A stretch of DNA of 64,000 nt from positions 30,877 to 94,876 of the forward strand of contig QCGC01000003.1 of assembly GCA_003278225.1 (NCBI GenBank). Reading direction: 5' to 3'. Below the pieces are notes generated by a model. That model had not been told where the DNA came from, made no database searches, and was given only the letters and a program-made list of their open reading frames with translations. This document shows positions 8,421 to 17,390 of this stretch, in pieces. This stretch comes from Prochlorococcus sp. AG-363-P01 (GTDB lineage Bacteria; Cyanobacteriota; Cyanobacteriia; PCC-6307; Cyanobiaceae). A program made the position numbers and the translations under genes. Position 1 is the stretch's first letter. Every line of letters starts with the position of its first letter.

Positions 8421-8753
8421 ATGGCTTCGACTCGCCCAACTTCCAATGATCGACTGGGTGATCAGTTGTCTTTGAGGCCTTCAGGGAAGGATGTTCCCAC
8501 GGCGGTGTCAATGATGGCTGACTCGATGGCAAGCATGATTCAAAGAGCCAGAAAAGATGTAGAGCGTGTAGATCAAAGAGCGAGAGCCGATCTAGAACGT
8601 GTAGATCAAAGAGCCAGAGCCGATTTAGAACGTTTTGATCAAAGAGCCAGAGCAGATCTAGGGCGTGTAGACCAAAGAGCCAGAGCCGATTTAGAACGTC
8701 TTGATCAAAGAGCGAGAGCTGACCATGAACGATTAAAGAGAGATCAAAACTGA
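8421..8753 (+). CDS. 11-residue (hendecad) repeat protein
   Basis: Six QRARADLERVD-type units; many unit differences are synonymous in this frame. Confidence 0.75.
   Translation: MASTRPTSNDRLGDQLSLRPSGKDVPTAVSMMADSMASMIQRARKDVERVDQRARADLERVDQRARADLERFDQRARADLGRVDQRARADLERLDQRARADHERLKRDQN
8541..8738 (+). repeat. 33-bp coding tandem repeat, 6 copies
   Basis: Consensus caaagagccagagccgatttagaacgtgtagat. Confidence 0.9.
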
Positions 8754-8797
8754 CAATCTCTACACTCAATTCTTACATTTTTTTATTTGACTTGAAG

Positions 8798-8926
8798 ATG
8801 GTTAAGCCAGTCCCTGATAATTCGGAAAATAATCAGCCTTGGAAAATTTGGACATTTGTTGCTGGTTTGAATCTAGTTGCATGGATTGGTTGGTATTTCA
8901 TGCATGATGCTCCTAGTAAGTGGTAA
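8798..8926 (+). CDS. Small single-TM protein, 42 aa (not in ORF track)
   Basis: MVKPVPDNSENNQPWKIWTFVAGLNLVAWIGWYFMHDAPSKW. Confidence 0.6.
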   Translation: MVKPVPDNSENNQPWKIWTFVAGLNLVAWIGWYFMHDAPSKW

Positions 8927-9068
8927 GGGCGATCTCAGAAGTTCAAATCAATTTGGGACAACATCTCGTGTAGTGTTACTAGTAAGGCTACTAATTTATT
9001 TGAATTTTAAACCAGATCGAATGCCACGCTAATGAGCTTCTAGATGACGTTGATCGATTCCTATTGCT

Positions 9069-9420
9069 TTAAACCAAATAATCTCCACTTTCAGTTAGGC
9101 TTCCTACTTCAACAACGTAAAGCTTGAAGAGCAAATCATTACCATCATAGAGCTTGACCTTATCTTCGATATCGACCAACGATTAATCACTCAGGCGACT
9201 GATGTCGACCTTATCGTAGCCATTTAAGAAATCTAATATCCTTTCGTAGCCAATAGCTATTGTTATTTTAAAAAAATCGTTTCCATTCTCTAGACCTTGT
9301 CCTTACAAGTTTCACTGTTGAGGATGTTATTACCTACAGCGCCTTTCAGTCTGTCTTTACATCTTCTCTATACAAGGTGTGATCATCAATACCACCATCA
9401 AGTGTGTCATTGCTTGCGTT
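9069..9420 (-). pseudogene. Remnant of an RTX/hemolysin-type Ca-binding repeat protein C-terminus
   Basis: Nonamers SNDTLDGGI/DDHTLYRED/xKDRLKGAV/GNNILNSET, then GYERILDFLNGYDKVDIS and ...GDYLV*, with frameshifts and stops. Confidence 0.65.
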
Positions 9421-9994
9421 GTTCGTCTAATTATTTTGTGATCCAAGCAAAGGATGCTATATGACTATCCAACGAGATAGTATTGACCAGTGACACTTTA
9501 ACTAAAGTTTGGAGATCAACCTCAAGGCTTTCAGTGAAAAACAATCTGGAAATTTCTTACAAACAAATTCAATGGGCTTAATTTTTTTGCTTCCTTAAAA
9601 GCAATTGGAAAAACATTAACAGCTTTCAAAAACTATAATTTCGTTATTTTAAGATCTTCCAATACCCATCCCATATTCCATCTTATTACTTATTCAGGTC
9701 AAAAAGGAATACATCTAATTTGAGGTTTATCAAGACTGTCACTAAGCTCATTAACCTTTTGAATTTTCTGGGATAAATCTTGGAGCCTAATCTGTGAATT
9801 GTTCGGTCATTACTCAACCCTGGAAATGCATCAAGTGAATCTTAAACCTCAAGATTGACTACTATGACTTACTTCAATTAAATTCCAGAAGGAGCTATAA
9901 CCTCACCGCATACTCTGCTGTGTACAAGGAACTATGATAAGTACTAGATTAAAGTTGGCTCCTTCTTCTGAAAGTTAAGAGCATTGCCAATTTC

Positions 9995-10543
9995 ATGGAC
10001 AGGGTTAACTCTGAAACAATTGATCAGCAAGTCAGAGAGCTTTATCTTGCTGCTGAACATTTACAAATTTTTGACTCTACTTTACAAAGCCTATTAGATA
10101 ATTCCTGGTCAATGAGTAGTCCAGTTTTCCTTTTTGATCGTTGTTGGCTAAGGCTTGAAAAACTAAGATTGGATCAGTTAGTAAAGAGATTACCTCCCGA
10201 TAATTCAAGTGAAGCTCCGGAGTTAATTAAATACTATCAACTATTAGAAAAAGGACATGATCATTTACTAGCAATGCAGGAATGTTGGTCAGAGTTTGGT
10301 ATAGAGGATTTTCATAGAGCTATAAGGCACTACTGGATGTGCCAGGATCAAGGCAACAATGGTTGGACATTCCAAAGATATTTGGAGGTTATAGTTCGAT
10401 ATAAAAAATCATTCGATCAATCTTTAATATCAATCCCTTTAATTATCTTGGGCCGTCAGAAATCATCTCAGGATCATATCATCGCATGGATTAAAAGAAC
10501 TAAAGATAAAAATTCAAAAAATACTTTTGCTATTTCCTCTTGA
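9995..10543 (+). CDS. Hypothetical protein
   Basis: 182-aa ORF with FDRCWLRL and CWSEFG motifs. Confidence 0.7.
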   Translation: MDRVNSETIDQQVRELYLAAEHLQIFDSTLQSLLDNSWSMSSPVFLFDRCWLRLEKLRLDQLVKRLPPDNSSEAPELIKYYQLLEKGHDHLLAMQECWSEFGIEDFHRAIRHYWMCQDQGNNGWTFQRYLEVIVRYKKSFDQSLISIPLIILGRQKSSQDHIIAWIKRTKDKNSKNTFAISS

Positions 10544-10715
10544 ATTCAATAATAAGATCAAAGTATTGTTTCTTAAGAAGAATCACAGGTTTAATAATTA
10601 ACTTAATCTTTGGCTCGAATCACTTTTTTTATAATGAGTTAATTGAATGATCAAAAAATGGACCCAAATAGCTGAGTCCAAGCAGCACATTTCTAATCAA
10701 CTTTAGTTCCTCGCC

Positions 10716-11144
10716 TTATTGAATGCTGACTACAACGCTCCTTTCCCTAGGGCCATCTAGTTCAACCAAGATGAGGTCTTGATATTGGCCTAATTGCAAC
10801 TTTCCATCTTTAAAAGGTACACTCACCTCATTGCCAAGCAATAAGGCTTGCAAATGTGCATGGGCGTTCTTTGGTTCATCTTCGGGTATATTATCTCTTA
10901 GATGTAGATCATCATGCTTATATCCCTTTAATGGAGGAGCTAATTCCTTTAACCATTTTTCTAGATCGTTGATCAACCTTTTTTCCATCTCATTAATTAT
11001 CAAAGCAGTAGTCGTATGCATACCAGAGACACATACAACACCTTCTAACTGGGCATTAAACTCTAGAATATTCTCAATTTGATTTGTGATTGCGTGACAT
11101 GAAAATGAGGCGCTGGTCTGAATTGAAATCGTTTCTGTCACCAT
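10716..11144 (-). CDS. yjbQ: YjbQ/UPF0047 family protein
   Basis: HTTTALIINE, YKHDD, NAHAHL, LGQYQDLILVELDGPRER. Confidence 0.9.
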   Translation of the reverse strand: MVTETISIQTSASFSCHAITNQIENILEFNAQLEGVVCVSGMHTTTALIINEMEKRLINDLEKWLKELAPPLKGYKHDDLHLRDNIPEDEPKNAHAHLQALLLGNEVSVPFKDGKLQLGQYQDLILVELDGPRERSVVVSIQ

Positions 11145-11314
11145 AAGACTATTCTATGGAGCTAAGGAAATTTCCAAAAACCAGGTGATGATTTTTCAGG
11201 TAGAGAGTTGTGCTGTCTCATCCTTCGACAGCTACAAATTAAATCATTAGGAACTCTAAATCCCTTTTAATGCTCATTTTGTTAACACACTAGTTAAAGA
11301 AGAATGGAAAACTC

Positions 11315-11737
11315 CTACGACTTTTTCTGTTGGATCGTAGATAATAGGGTGCTGAACTTCGTTCTTTTGAGTTGGTCCCCTTCCCAAAGCCAATAAACCG
11401 GATCAATTGCTTTGGCGGCCATTAAATCAGGTCTGTCTCGCAAACTTACAGGAATAAACTCTTTAGAAGAATCAAATTTTTCATCACGCACTGCTTGATT
11501 AAGAACCATGCTGCCTTCTGATCCAGAGATAGAACGATGGTAAGTACCAATAGGGATTTGCAACGCACCCATTTTTTGGTTGAGATAAATCACATGATGA
11601 GGTTCATCCCATTCAGGGTTCAACAAGGTAAAAATACGCTTACCTGACAGCACTAAATTGTGGTCAATTTGATGCTTATGAACGTAATACTGCTCATAGT
11701 CTTCGTCATTAGGAGGAGAAATTGCTCTACTCTTATG
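11315..11737 (-). pseudogene. 5'-truncated cupin-like protein
   Basis: Frame extends upstream as HKSRAISPPNDEDYEQYYVHKHQIDHNLVLSG, then meets an in-frame TGA with no start; LQIPIGTYHRS cupin-like motif. Confidence 0.6.
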
Positions 11738-11742
11738 TAGTT

Positions 11743-12003
11743 TTAGACTAGAAGTCTTTGGGAAATCTCAATTTTGCCTCTTTCGCGGAAGTCCTTTAGG
11801 ATTTTCTGGAGTAACTCTTCAATTCATAAAGCCTTTTCTTAATCCAGAAAAATGCCATTTGTAGAGAGTTCTCTTCGTGTATCTGCCGATGGATACTGTT
11901 CGTAGTAAAAAATCATGCCACTAGCAAAGCCTATTGAAAGAGCTATCCAAGAAGCGAGCAATTTTTGTTTAGTAAGTAGCTTTGGTTTTTTTTGACTTCT
12001 CAT
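11743..12003 (-). pseudogene. Small single-TM ORF with two in-frame stops
   Basis: MRSQKKPKLL..SWIALSIGFASGMIFYY..FLD*EKAL*IEELLQKILKDF..LLV*. Confidence 0.35.
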
Positions 12004-12246
12004 AAAGATGTGAGGTCTTTTCCTTTTCGGGAAAGCAAAAAAAAATGGTTAATAAAGACTTTTAGATGGATATCTATGGATTGGGATATAGACAATTGAT
12101 CCTACCGCTTTTGCTGTATTAGTTAGCTTGCAGGACTAGACTTTTTTGCTGCAAATATGATTTGGTTGTTTTCTTCAGTCCAATCTTATGACTACACAAA
12201 CCCTATTTGCTTTGTAAATTTACTTAGAGGATAAGTGCTTTACTCT

Positions 12247-12408
12247 TTACGCAGTGCTGGTGGCATATGAAGGTTCGTAGACGGGTGACATTGTCCCGCC
12301 CCCATCTTGATCGTCGTCGTCGTCAAAGTTATCTGAAAAGAAGACCAGCCAAATCCCAGCCAACGTAAATATTACGTTCAAAATAATCGTAGCTGGTTCA
12401 AACTCCAA
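12247..12408 (-). CDS. Small TM protein with acidic DDDDDQDGGG tail, 53 aa (not in ORF track)
   Basis: MEFEPATIILNVIFTLAGIWLVFFSDNFDDDDDQDGGGTMSPVYEPSYATSTA; TTG start. Confidence 0.7.
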   Translation of the reverse strand: MEFEPATIILNVIFTLAGIWLVFFSDNFDDDDDQDGGGTMSPVYEPSYATSTA

Positions 12409-12911
12409 TTTTGTAGATAAAAAAGTCTAGAAACCTTACATCATTTCTGCTTGATAGAAAAGGACCTTTGAAGATCAGCGACTTTTGATTGGGGAACCGG
12501 TTGCCTCCTATCACCCGGTTAAAAGCTTGTGTGCGTGAAGATAGAACAGGATTTTTGAACACCATGCATAGACTCAAGTTATTCAATCTTCAACTTCAGA
12601 CACCACTGGTACCAGGGCTTGTTTTTTTCTGAGAAATCCCGTTTAAAAAAAATTACTCCATCACGCAGTCCCAGTGCATTTGGCAAGGGCTTTTTTTTGC
12701 TTACGAATTCAATCAATTCCAGCGAAATTGCTTGTCCTCAGAGTGCTAGGGATTGAATGCTTAAGCAGATATTTTTTGAATTCTGTCAATCTTTGGACTC
12801 AACTGAATTTTGCTATTGAGATTCACTGGTTCCTGAGGACATCACGAGTCAAGCGCAGACCAATTATTTTTTTGTTCTATTCAATTGATGTATAGAAAGT
12901 TTTGTTGTTAC

Positions 12912-12934
12912 TATACTTTAGTAGTAATTGCTAC
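12912..12934 (+). promoter_or_regulatory. -10 box (TATACT) followed by an NtcA site in repressor position
   Basis: TATACT at 12912-12917; GTA-N8-TAC (GTAGTAATTGCTAC) at 12921-12934 within the near-palindrome tttagtagtaattgctactaaa. Confidence 0.75.
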
Positions 12935-12939
12935 TAAAA

Positions 12940-12998
12940 CGTTCAACTCTCTTATGAGAGCCGCAGTTCGACTCAAGCCATGGAACGGGGACTTGAGC
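12940..12998 (+). ncRNA. Glutamine-II riboswitch (downstream-peptide RNA motif)
   Basis: CGTTCA..ctctcttatgagag..CGCAGT..ctcaag..ATGGAACGGGGA cttgag, directly upstream of a DUF4278 ORF. Confidence 0.85.
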
Positions 12999-13016
12999 TA
13001 ACACGGAGAAAGATTA

Positions 13017-13118
13017 ATGTCTCTTACTTACAGAGGGAAAAAGTACACACAGAACAAAGCAGTTGCTTCTAAGCAACATGTTGTTCTTACTTATCGTGGT
13101 AAGCAGTATCAAAGATGA
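13017..13118 (+). CDS. DUF4278 small protein, 33 aa (not in ORF track)
   Basis: MSLTYRGKKYTQNKAVASKQHVVLTYRGKQYQR with two LTYRG motifs; GGAG upstream. Confidence 0.88.
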   Translation: MSLTYRGKKYTQNKAVASKQHVVLTYRGKQYQR

Positions 13119-13137
13119 ATTGGTAATTCTTTTATTG

Positions 13138-13161
13138 AAAGCCCTTCAGAGGGCTTTTTTT
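13138..13161 (+). terminator. Intrinsic terminator
   Basis: aaagccct-tcag-agggcttt plus T tract. Confidence 0.8.
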
Positions 13162-13170
13162 ATGGTTGAT

Positions 13171-13667
13171 TTGCGATAGTTTCATAGTCGACTTCAAAGA
13201 AGAGGGATTCCTTTAAAAGGCCTTCAAATTCAATTTTCTTTATTGTCGCCAGAACCTAGCAAGTATTTGCAAATTCAAGATGTAGTAATGAGCTTAATTT
13301 TGACCTCTTAGCGTATAGCCCACTTGCTCTGGGTTTGTTTGCAATAGCGCCTAATGAGAAAAAATTCCCATCAACAACTTTTCTAAGGGGTAATCTTTTC
13401 CGACGCCTTTTGCCTGCGAGTGTTGAACTTAGAAAGGGTCTAAATAAAATCGCTCTTGACCGGGGGGCTTCGCAAGCGCAAGTAGCTTAGAATTGGTGTC
13501 GATCTCATGATGCAATTCCAATTGCTGGACTTCGTAGTCCGCTGCAGGCAAAAGATGCTGGTGATGCATTGAAATGGAGACTAAGTACAAAAGAAAAACA
13601 AGTATTAGATGTCTTGAGTAGAGATTGCAAAATACGGATGCCTAACAACCCATTTCAGAGTATTTGA
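13171..13667 (+). pseudogene. Aldo/keto reductase C-terminal remnant
   Basis: QIQFSLL, LAYSPLALG, SQAQVA*NW, IPIAGLRS, WRLS; one frameshift, stops, N-terminal half missing. Confidence 0.8.
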
Positions 13668-13894
13668 CCAATTCAGAACTGTCGTGCGTTGATTTATTAT
13701 TGAGATAGTTGTAAGAGCTTAATACTTATAAGAAACGAGACCTTAGTAGTTGCAGTCAACTTGCAAAATTTATGATTGAGTAGAATGATTAGAAGTTGAT
13801 ATTCCCAGAACTAATTAATTTCTTAGTTGGTTACCATCTTTAGAATTGAGAAGAACACAACCGAAGAGCTGGTTGGTCAATTCCTTCTTCATAA

Positions 13895-14539
13895 ATGATG
13901 TCTCTAGATTTGATTGCCTCTTACCACAACCCTGGTTTTGAAGCTGTTGCAGATGGGGTCATGTCTTTCTTTAATGAGCGCCTTGATCTTCACCAAAGTG
14001 GAGTTGTTTTCGGCAATAATTTAACTTCGGCTTTGGTGGAGCCAGCTAAGGTCTCAACTGATATAAGCCTTGTTGCAATAGATCGTTCAGATCCCGAGGC
14101 ATTCGCTCTTTCCGATGTCATTATTCGAGGTATTACTGCTGCTCTTGATCAATATCTTCAAGTTCGTCCATTATTTAGAGAGTGTTGCCCAGAGCAGTCG
14201 CTGTTTGTAATGCCGATTTTCAATATCCAACGTTATGCTCCTGGTGAAGGTTTTAAGCAATGGCATTGTGATTGGACTATTAGTGATGAGGCAACAGAGC
14301 CAGTTCATAGAGTTCTTGCATGGATTTTGTACTGTAATGATATTGATTTGGCTGGGACAGAGTTTTTTTGGCAGGAGCATTATGAACCTGCAGAGCGAGG
14401 GAAACTCATTATTTTTCCAGCAGGCCCATCTCATATTCATCGAGGACGAGTAAACGACACAGGGACTAAAACAATTGCTACAGGCTGGATTAATGCAGGT
14501 AGTAAAGATGTCTATCTTTCTCGTTTAGCCCGGTCATGA
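13895..14539 (+). CDS. 2OG-Fe(II) oxygenase
   Basis: QRYAPGEGFKQWHCD (HxD), LYCND, IIFP..HIHRG, K.IATGW. Confidence 0.88.
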   Translation: MMSLDLIASYHNPGFEAVADGVMSFFNERLDLHQSGVVFGNNLTSALVEPAKVSTDISLVAIDRSDPEAFALSDVIIRGITAALDQYLQVRPLFRECCPEQSLFVMPIFNIQRYAPGEGFKQWHCDWTISDEATEPVHRVLAWILYCNDIDLAGTEFFWQEHYEPAERGKLIIFPAGPSHIHRGRVNDTGTKTIATGWINAGSKDVYLSRLARS

Positions 14540-14869
14540 AGCTATTCATCTATGCCTGTTTAGCTAAAAAATAATTTTGCCTATTACTTGTCTGTTTAGT
14601 AATAACTATTAGCCATTTCAATCAGCCTCTTTTGAGCGAGATGATTCGTAGCACTGGGCTCTTCTTGTAATCTCTCGCAGGCTCCTTTGACTTGCATTCA
14701 AACAGACTCCATCGCTTTGCTACTTAGGAGTTTTCATTATCATCCTTCGTGTCAGTGTTTTGTTTTTGTGACTCGCTATAGAGCTCGAAAATTTTTTGAG
14801 CTACAGCCACAGTTGATGCGACTAAAAGACCTAGCGCAAACAGCTGAAAAAAGCTTGCTTGTAGATGCA

Positions 14870-15043
14870 TCAATTTTTTACTTCAATGATTTCATAGTAC
14901 GGGCGGTCTTCGTAGTCAGCATCTGAGCAGCACATGTCCCCGTAGATTTCTTCAAGCACGTCATAGGCATCGTCGTAATTATCAAAATCTTGAGATGTGA
15001 CTTTGTCATTAGCCCCATCATGCCTAGTGATGCGATATTTCAT
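14870..15043 (-). CDS. Small acidic hypothetical protein with CCSD motif
   Basis: MKYRITRH..YDDAYDVLEEIYGDMCCSDADYEDRPYYEI; ATG at 15043. Confidence 0.7.
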   Translation of the reverse strand: MKYRITRHDGANDKVTSQDFDNYDDAYDVLEEIYGDMCCSDADYEDRPYYEIIEVKN

Positions 15044-15346
15044 GATTAAAAGATGGTGCACCTTGTTTCTCAAAAAAATCTTTGATCTTTATGATTTCTC
15101 TGCTTGATATGCTCCAAGCTCTCTTCGGTCATTTCAATCGAGATTAAAGACTTTTTACATATATTTAGGCTTTTTTGGTATACGAATGCCCTTTCGTTCA
15201 GCTATATCGGTGAATACATCGCTATTCATGGTGAGGAACTGTTATAAGATTTGGATATCCAAGGAGCATTAGTTCTTTTATTTAGGGGTATCCCATATCT
15301 ATTAACGAGGTGTATTTATCCTAAGCAAGATAATCATGAATCTAAC

Positions 15347-15682
15347 TTAACGCCAAATCTTTAAAAACTTAAAGAGGCTAATAGTCCAGGAATCCCAACG
15401 TGTTTTACCTGAACTATCTCCTTGATAACGAAGATTTTCATCGCCTAAGTTTACTAAGGCTTCTTTGTTTTTCCACCACACCCAATCCCGTATTGGAGGG
15501 TTTCGTTTTAAGTCTTCACGTGTAAGCTCAAGCTCTAAATCAGATGAGACAGCTAGAAGAACATCCAACATTTCTTCAGCATCTTTACACTGAGATAATG
15601 TTTGATTAGTGCTTTCAGCCCCATCAAGGGACTCAACAAGTACTTTGAGCTTTTGCTTGACAGACAAATCTTTTGGTTCCAT
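15347..15682 (-). CDS. Nif11-like domain protein, paralog of 21395-21745
   Basis: Nif11-like N-terminal pattern ending LELTREDL, then PPIRDWVWWKNK. Confidence 0.7.
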   Translation of the reverse strand: MEPKDLSVKQKLKVLVESLDGAESTNQTLSQCKDAEEMLDVLLAVSSDLELELTREDLKRNPPIRDWVWWKNKEALVNLGDENLRYQGDSSGKTRWDSWTISLFKFLKIWR

Positions 15683-15700
15683 TTTTCCAATTTAGACGTA

Positions 15701-16006
15701 TTAAAGACTTAAGTTAAGTACATCTAGTTGTTGTTGATGTGCTGAGAGGGTTAGCTTATTAGCTTGTGTCATGAGTTTGAATACTCTTTTATCTACAACT
15801 TTATAGAAGACAAGGCTACCTTCAGGCATACGTTTGACGAGCCCTGCAATAGTTAATAGTCTTAGGTGCTTTGAAACTAAGGCTTGAGATAAACCAGTCT
15901 TTTCAACAACAGCAGATACATTATGCTCTCCATTTTTGAGTACGCCTAAAACGAGTAGGCGATTTGGCTCTGAAAGAACTTTAAAGTAATCAGCTAATTT
16001 CTCCAT
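15701..16006 (-). CDS. ArsR/SmtB family transcriptional regulator
   Basis: FKVLSEPNRL, GLSQALVSKHLRLL, GLV..EG..VFY; contains no Cys. Confidence 0.9.
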   Translation of the reverse strand: MEKLADYFKVLSEPNRLLVLGVLKNGEHNVSAVVEKTGLSQALVSKHLRLLTIAGLVKRMPEGSLVFYKVVDKRVFKLMTQANKLTLSAHQQQLDVLNLSL

Positions 16007-16440
16007 TGATTAATGGTGATTACTATTACAATAATCGCCACTGTAAGTTATTGCCAGTATCGCAGCATCATTTTTATGACGCATCCTCTTCTTAAATAGT
16101 TAATAATTACTTAACAGTGTTGTTGTATTATTATAGTTTGATAGTGCTTATTAAGCAGCTGACTTTTTGGAAGTGACTCATTAATAAGTGCAGAATTATC
16201 TTATGCTTGCCAATAATTTTTTCTTATCCTTTAAGTTTTTAGGACTACCTCTAGTAGTCGTTCTGTATGATTAGCGAGCAATGCACAGAATGATTTCTCA
16301 GGATTAACATCTGCTCTAGTCCTTTTTGCTAGTCACTATTGCATTTTGAGCGGATAGGAAAATCTAATGGATTTTGACTTGAGCTTTTGCTACACGAGGC
16401 ATAACCATTGAGTTGTCGCATGGATATTTTTTTGAATGCT

Positions 16441-16695
16441 TTAGGTCAGTCCCATTACTTTGATGCAATAGCTAATGAGGCCACAACCAACTAGACCAAT
16501 GTTTATCAAACCCATTCCGACAGTACTTACTGAAATGATTCCCATTGAGACACCTCCAATAGCTATGACTCCCATTGGGACTAAACCAACTCCAATAATT
16601 CCTCGAGGGGTGATTCCAATTGACAGCAATTTAGGAGTGTCATCAATGAGTTTGTCGTTTGAGTATGTTGGCGGTGATTTTGATTTAGAAGACAA
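16441..16695 (-). CDS. Gly-rich hydrophobic repeat protein, paralog of the 5914-6342 N-domain
   Basis: SIGITPRGIIGVGLVPMGVIAIGGVSMGIISVSTVGMG. Confidence 0.65.
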   Translation of the reverse strand: MSSKSKSPPTYSNDKLIDDTPKLLSIGITPRGIIGVGLVPMGVIAIGGVSMGIISVSTVGMGLINIGLVGCGLISYCIKVMGLT

Positions 16696-16770
16696 AGCGA
16701 TGGAATGGAATTAATTGAGATTTAAAAAAATGACTAGATGCCTTTGACATGGCATCTATATTTTCTCATT

Positions 16771-17001
16771 TTATAAATTTTTTTCCATACACAACAAACC
16801 AGCTTCGAGTGGGTTGGACTCTTCTTCACTCCATTCCTTGTAGGTGCAATCGCAGAACCTCAAAGAACCTTTCTTAGAAAAGAGAAATTTTGCTGATTGA
16901 TTACATTCTCTGAGCCAGTTTTGCCGCTCAATTCTTTGGTTAACTCTTCCACAACCTATAACAAGAACGAAGAGGAGCATGGATGATATTAAGGGTTTCA
17001 T
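16771..17001 (-). CDS. Small Cys-containing lipoprotein
   Basis: VIGC lipobox; C..FCDC..C pattern. Confidence 0.65.
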   Translation of the reverse strand: MKPLISSMLLFVLVIGCGRVNQRIERQNWLRECNQSAKFLFSKKGSLRFCDCTYKEWSEEESNPLEAGLLCMEKNL

Positions 17002-17216
17002 TAAAGTGTTATTTAGACAAGTAGATTTTCAGGCGAGTCTTCATCCTGGGCATAAAAAATATCAAACAATAGATTATATCTTTTTTGTAGATTTAATTAC
17101 TACTTTAATAGAAATTAAAAATTTCAGATGAATCTCTTAAAAAGTACCTTTGATCTAGTCCTAATGCTGATTGTGTATGCTTGAAATAACAATAATTTTC
17201 TAATTTCTATAAAACT

Positions 17217-17390
17217 TTAAAAAGGCCTCCCAGTAATGAATTTGTGGAAGCTGGGATCTATCCAATAAAAAGAAACAAATACCATCAAGGAAATATTTAA
17301 ACTGATTATTGAACCAAACATAACAACTTTTGCTAAGGCACTGGCTTCAGTTGGTTTAATCGGAAGGTTGCTATCGCTATCTATTTTCAT
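17217..17390 (-). CDS. Small single-TM protein, 57 aa (not in ORF track)
   Basis: MKIDSD..KVVMFGSIISLNISLMVFVSFYWIDPSFHKFITGRPF. Confidence 0.6.
   Translation of the reverse strand: MKIDSDSNLPIKPTEASALAKVVMFGSIISLNISLMVFVSFYWIDPSFHKFITGRPF

Noticed and set aside
8541-8738. 33-bp repeats as a CRISPR array
   Set aside because: Units are contiguous with no unique spacers, vary synonymously in a coding frame, and no cas genes are present
8419-8769. 116-aa - strand ORF
   Set aside because: Antisense shadow of the repeat gene
8968-8993. Possible NtcA site
   Set aside because: GTA/TAC spacing does not fit GTA-N8-TAC
9500-9812. Possible decayed gene on - strand
   Set aside because: Stop-riddled frames with no recognisable motif
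12398-12895. Track ORFs 12398-12586 and 12674-12895
   Set aside because: Non-ATG starts, no motifs, composition looks intergenic
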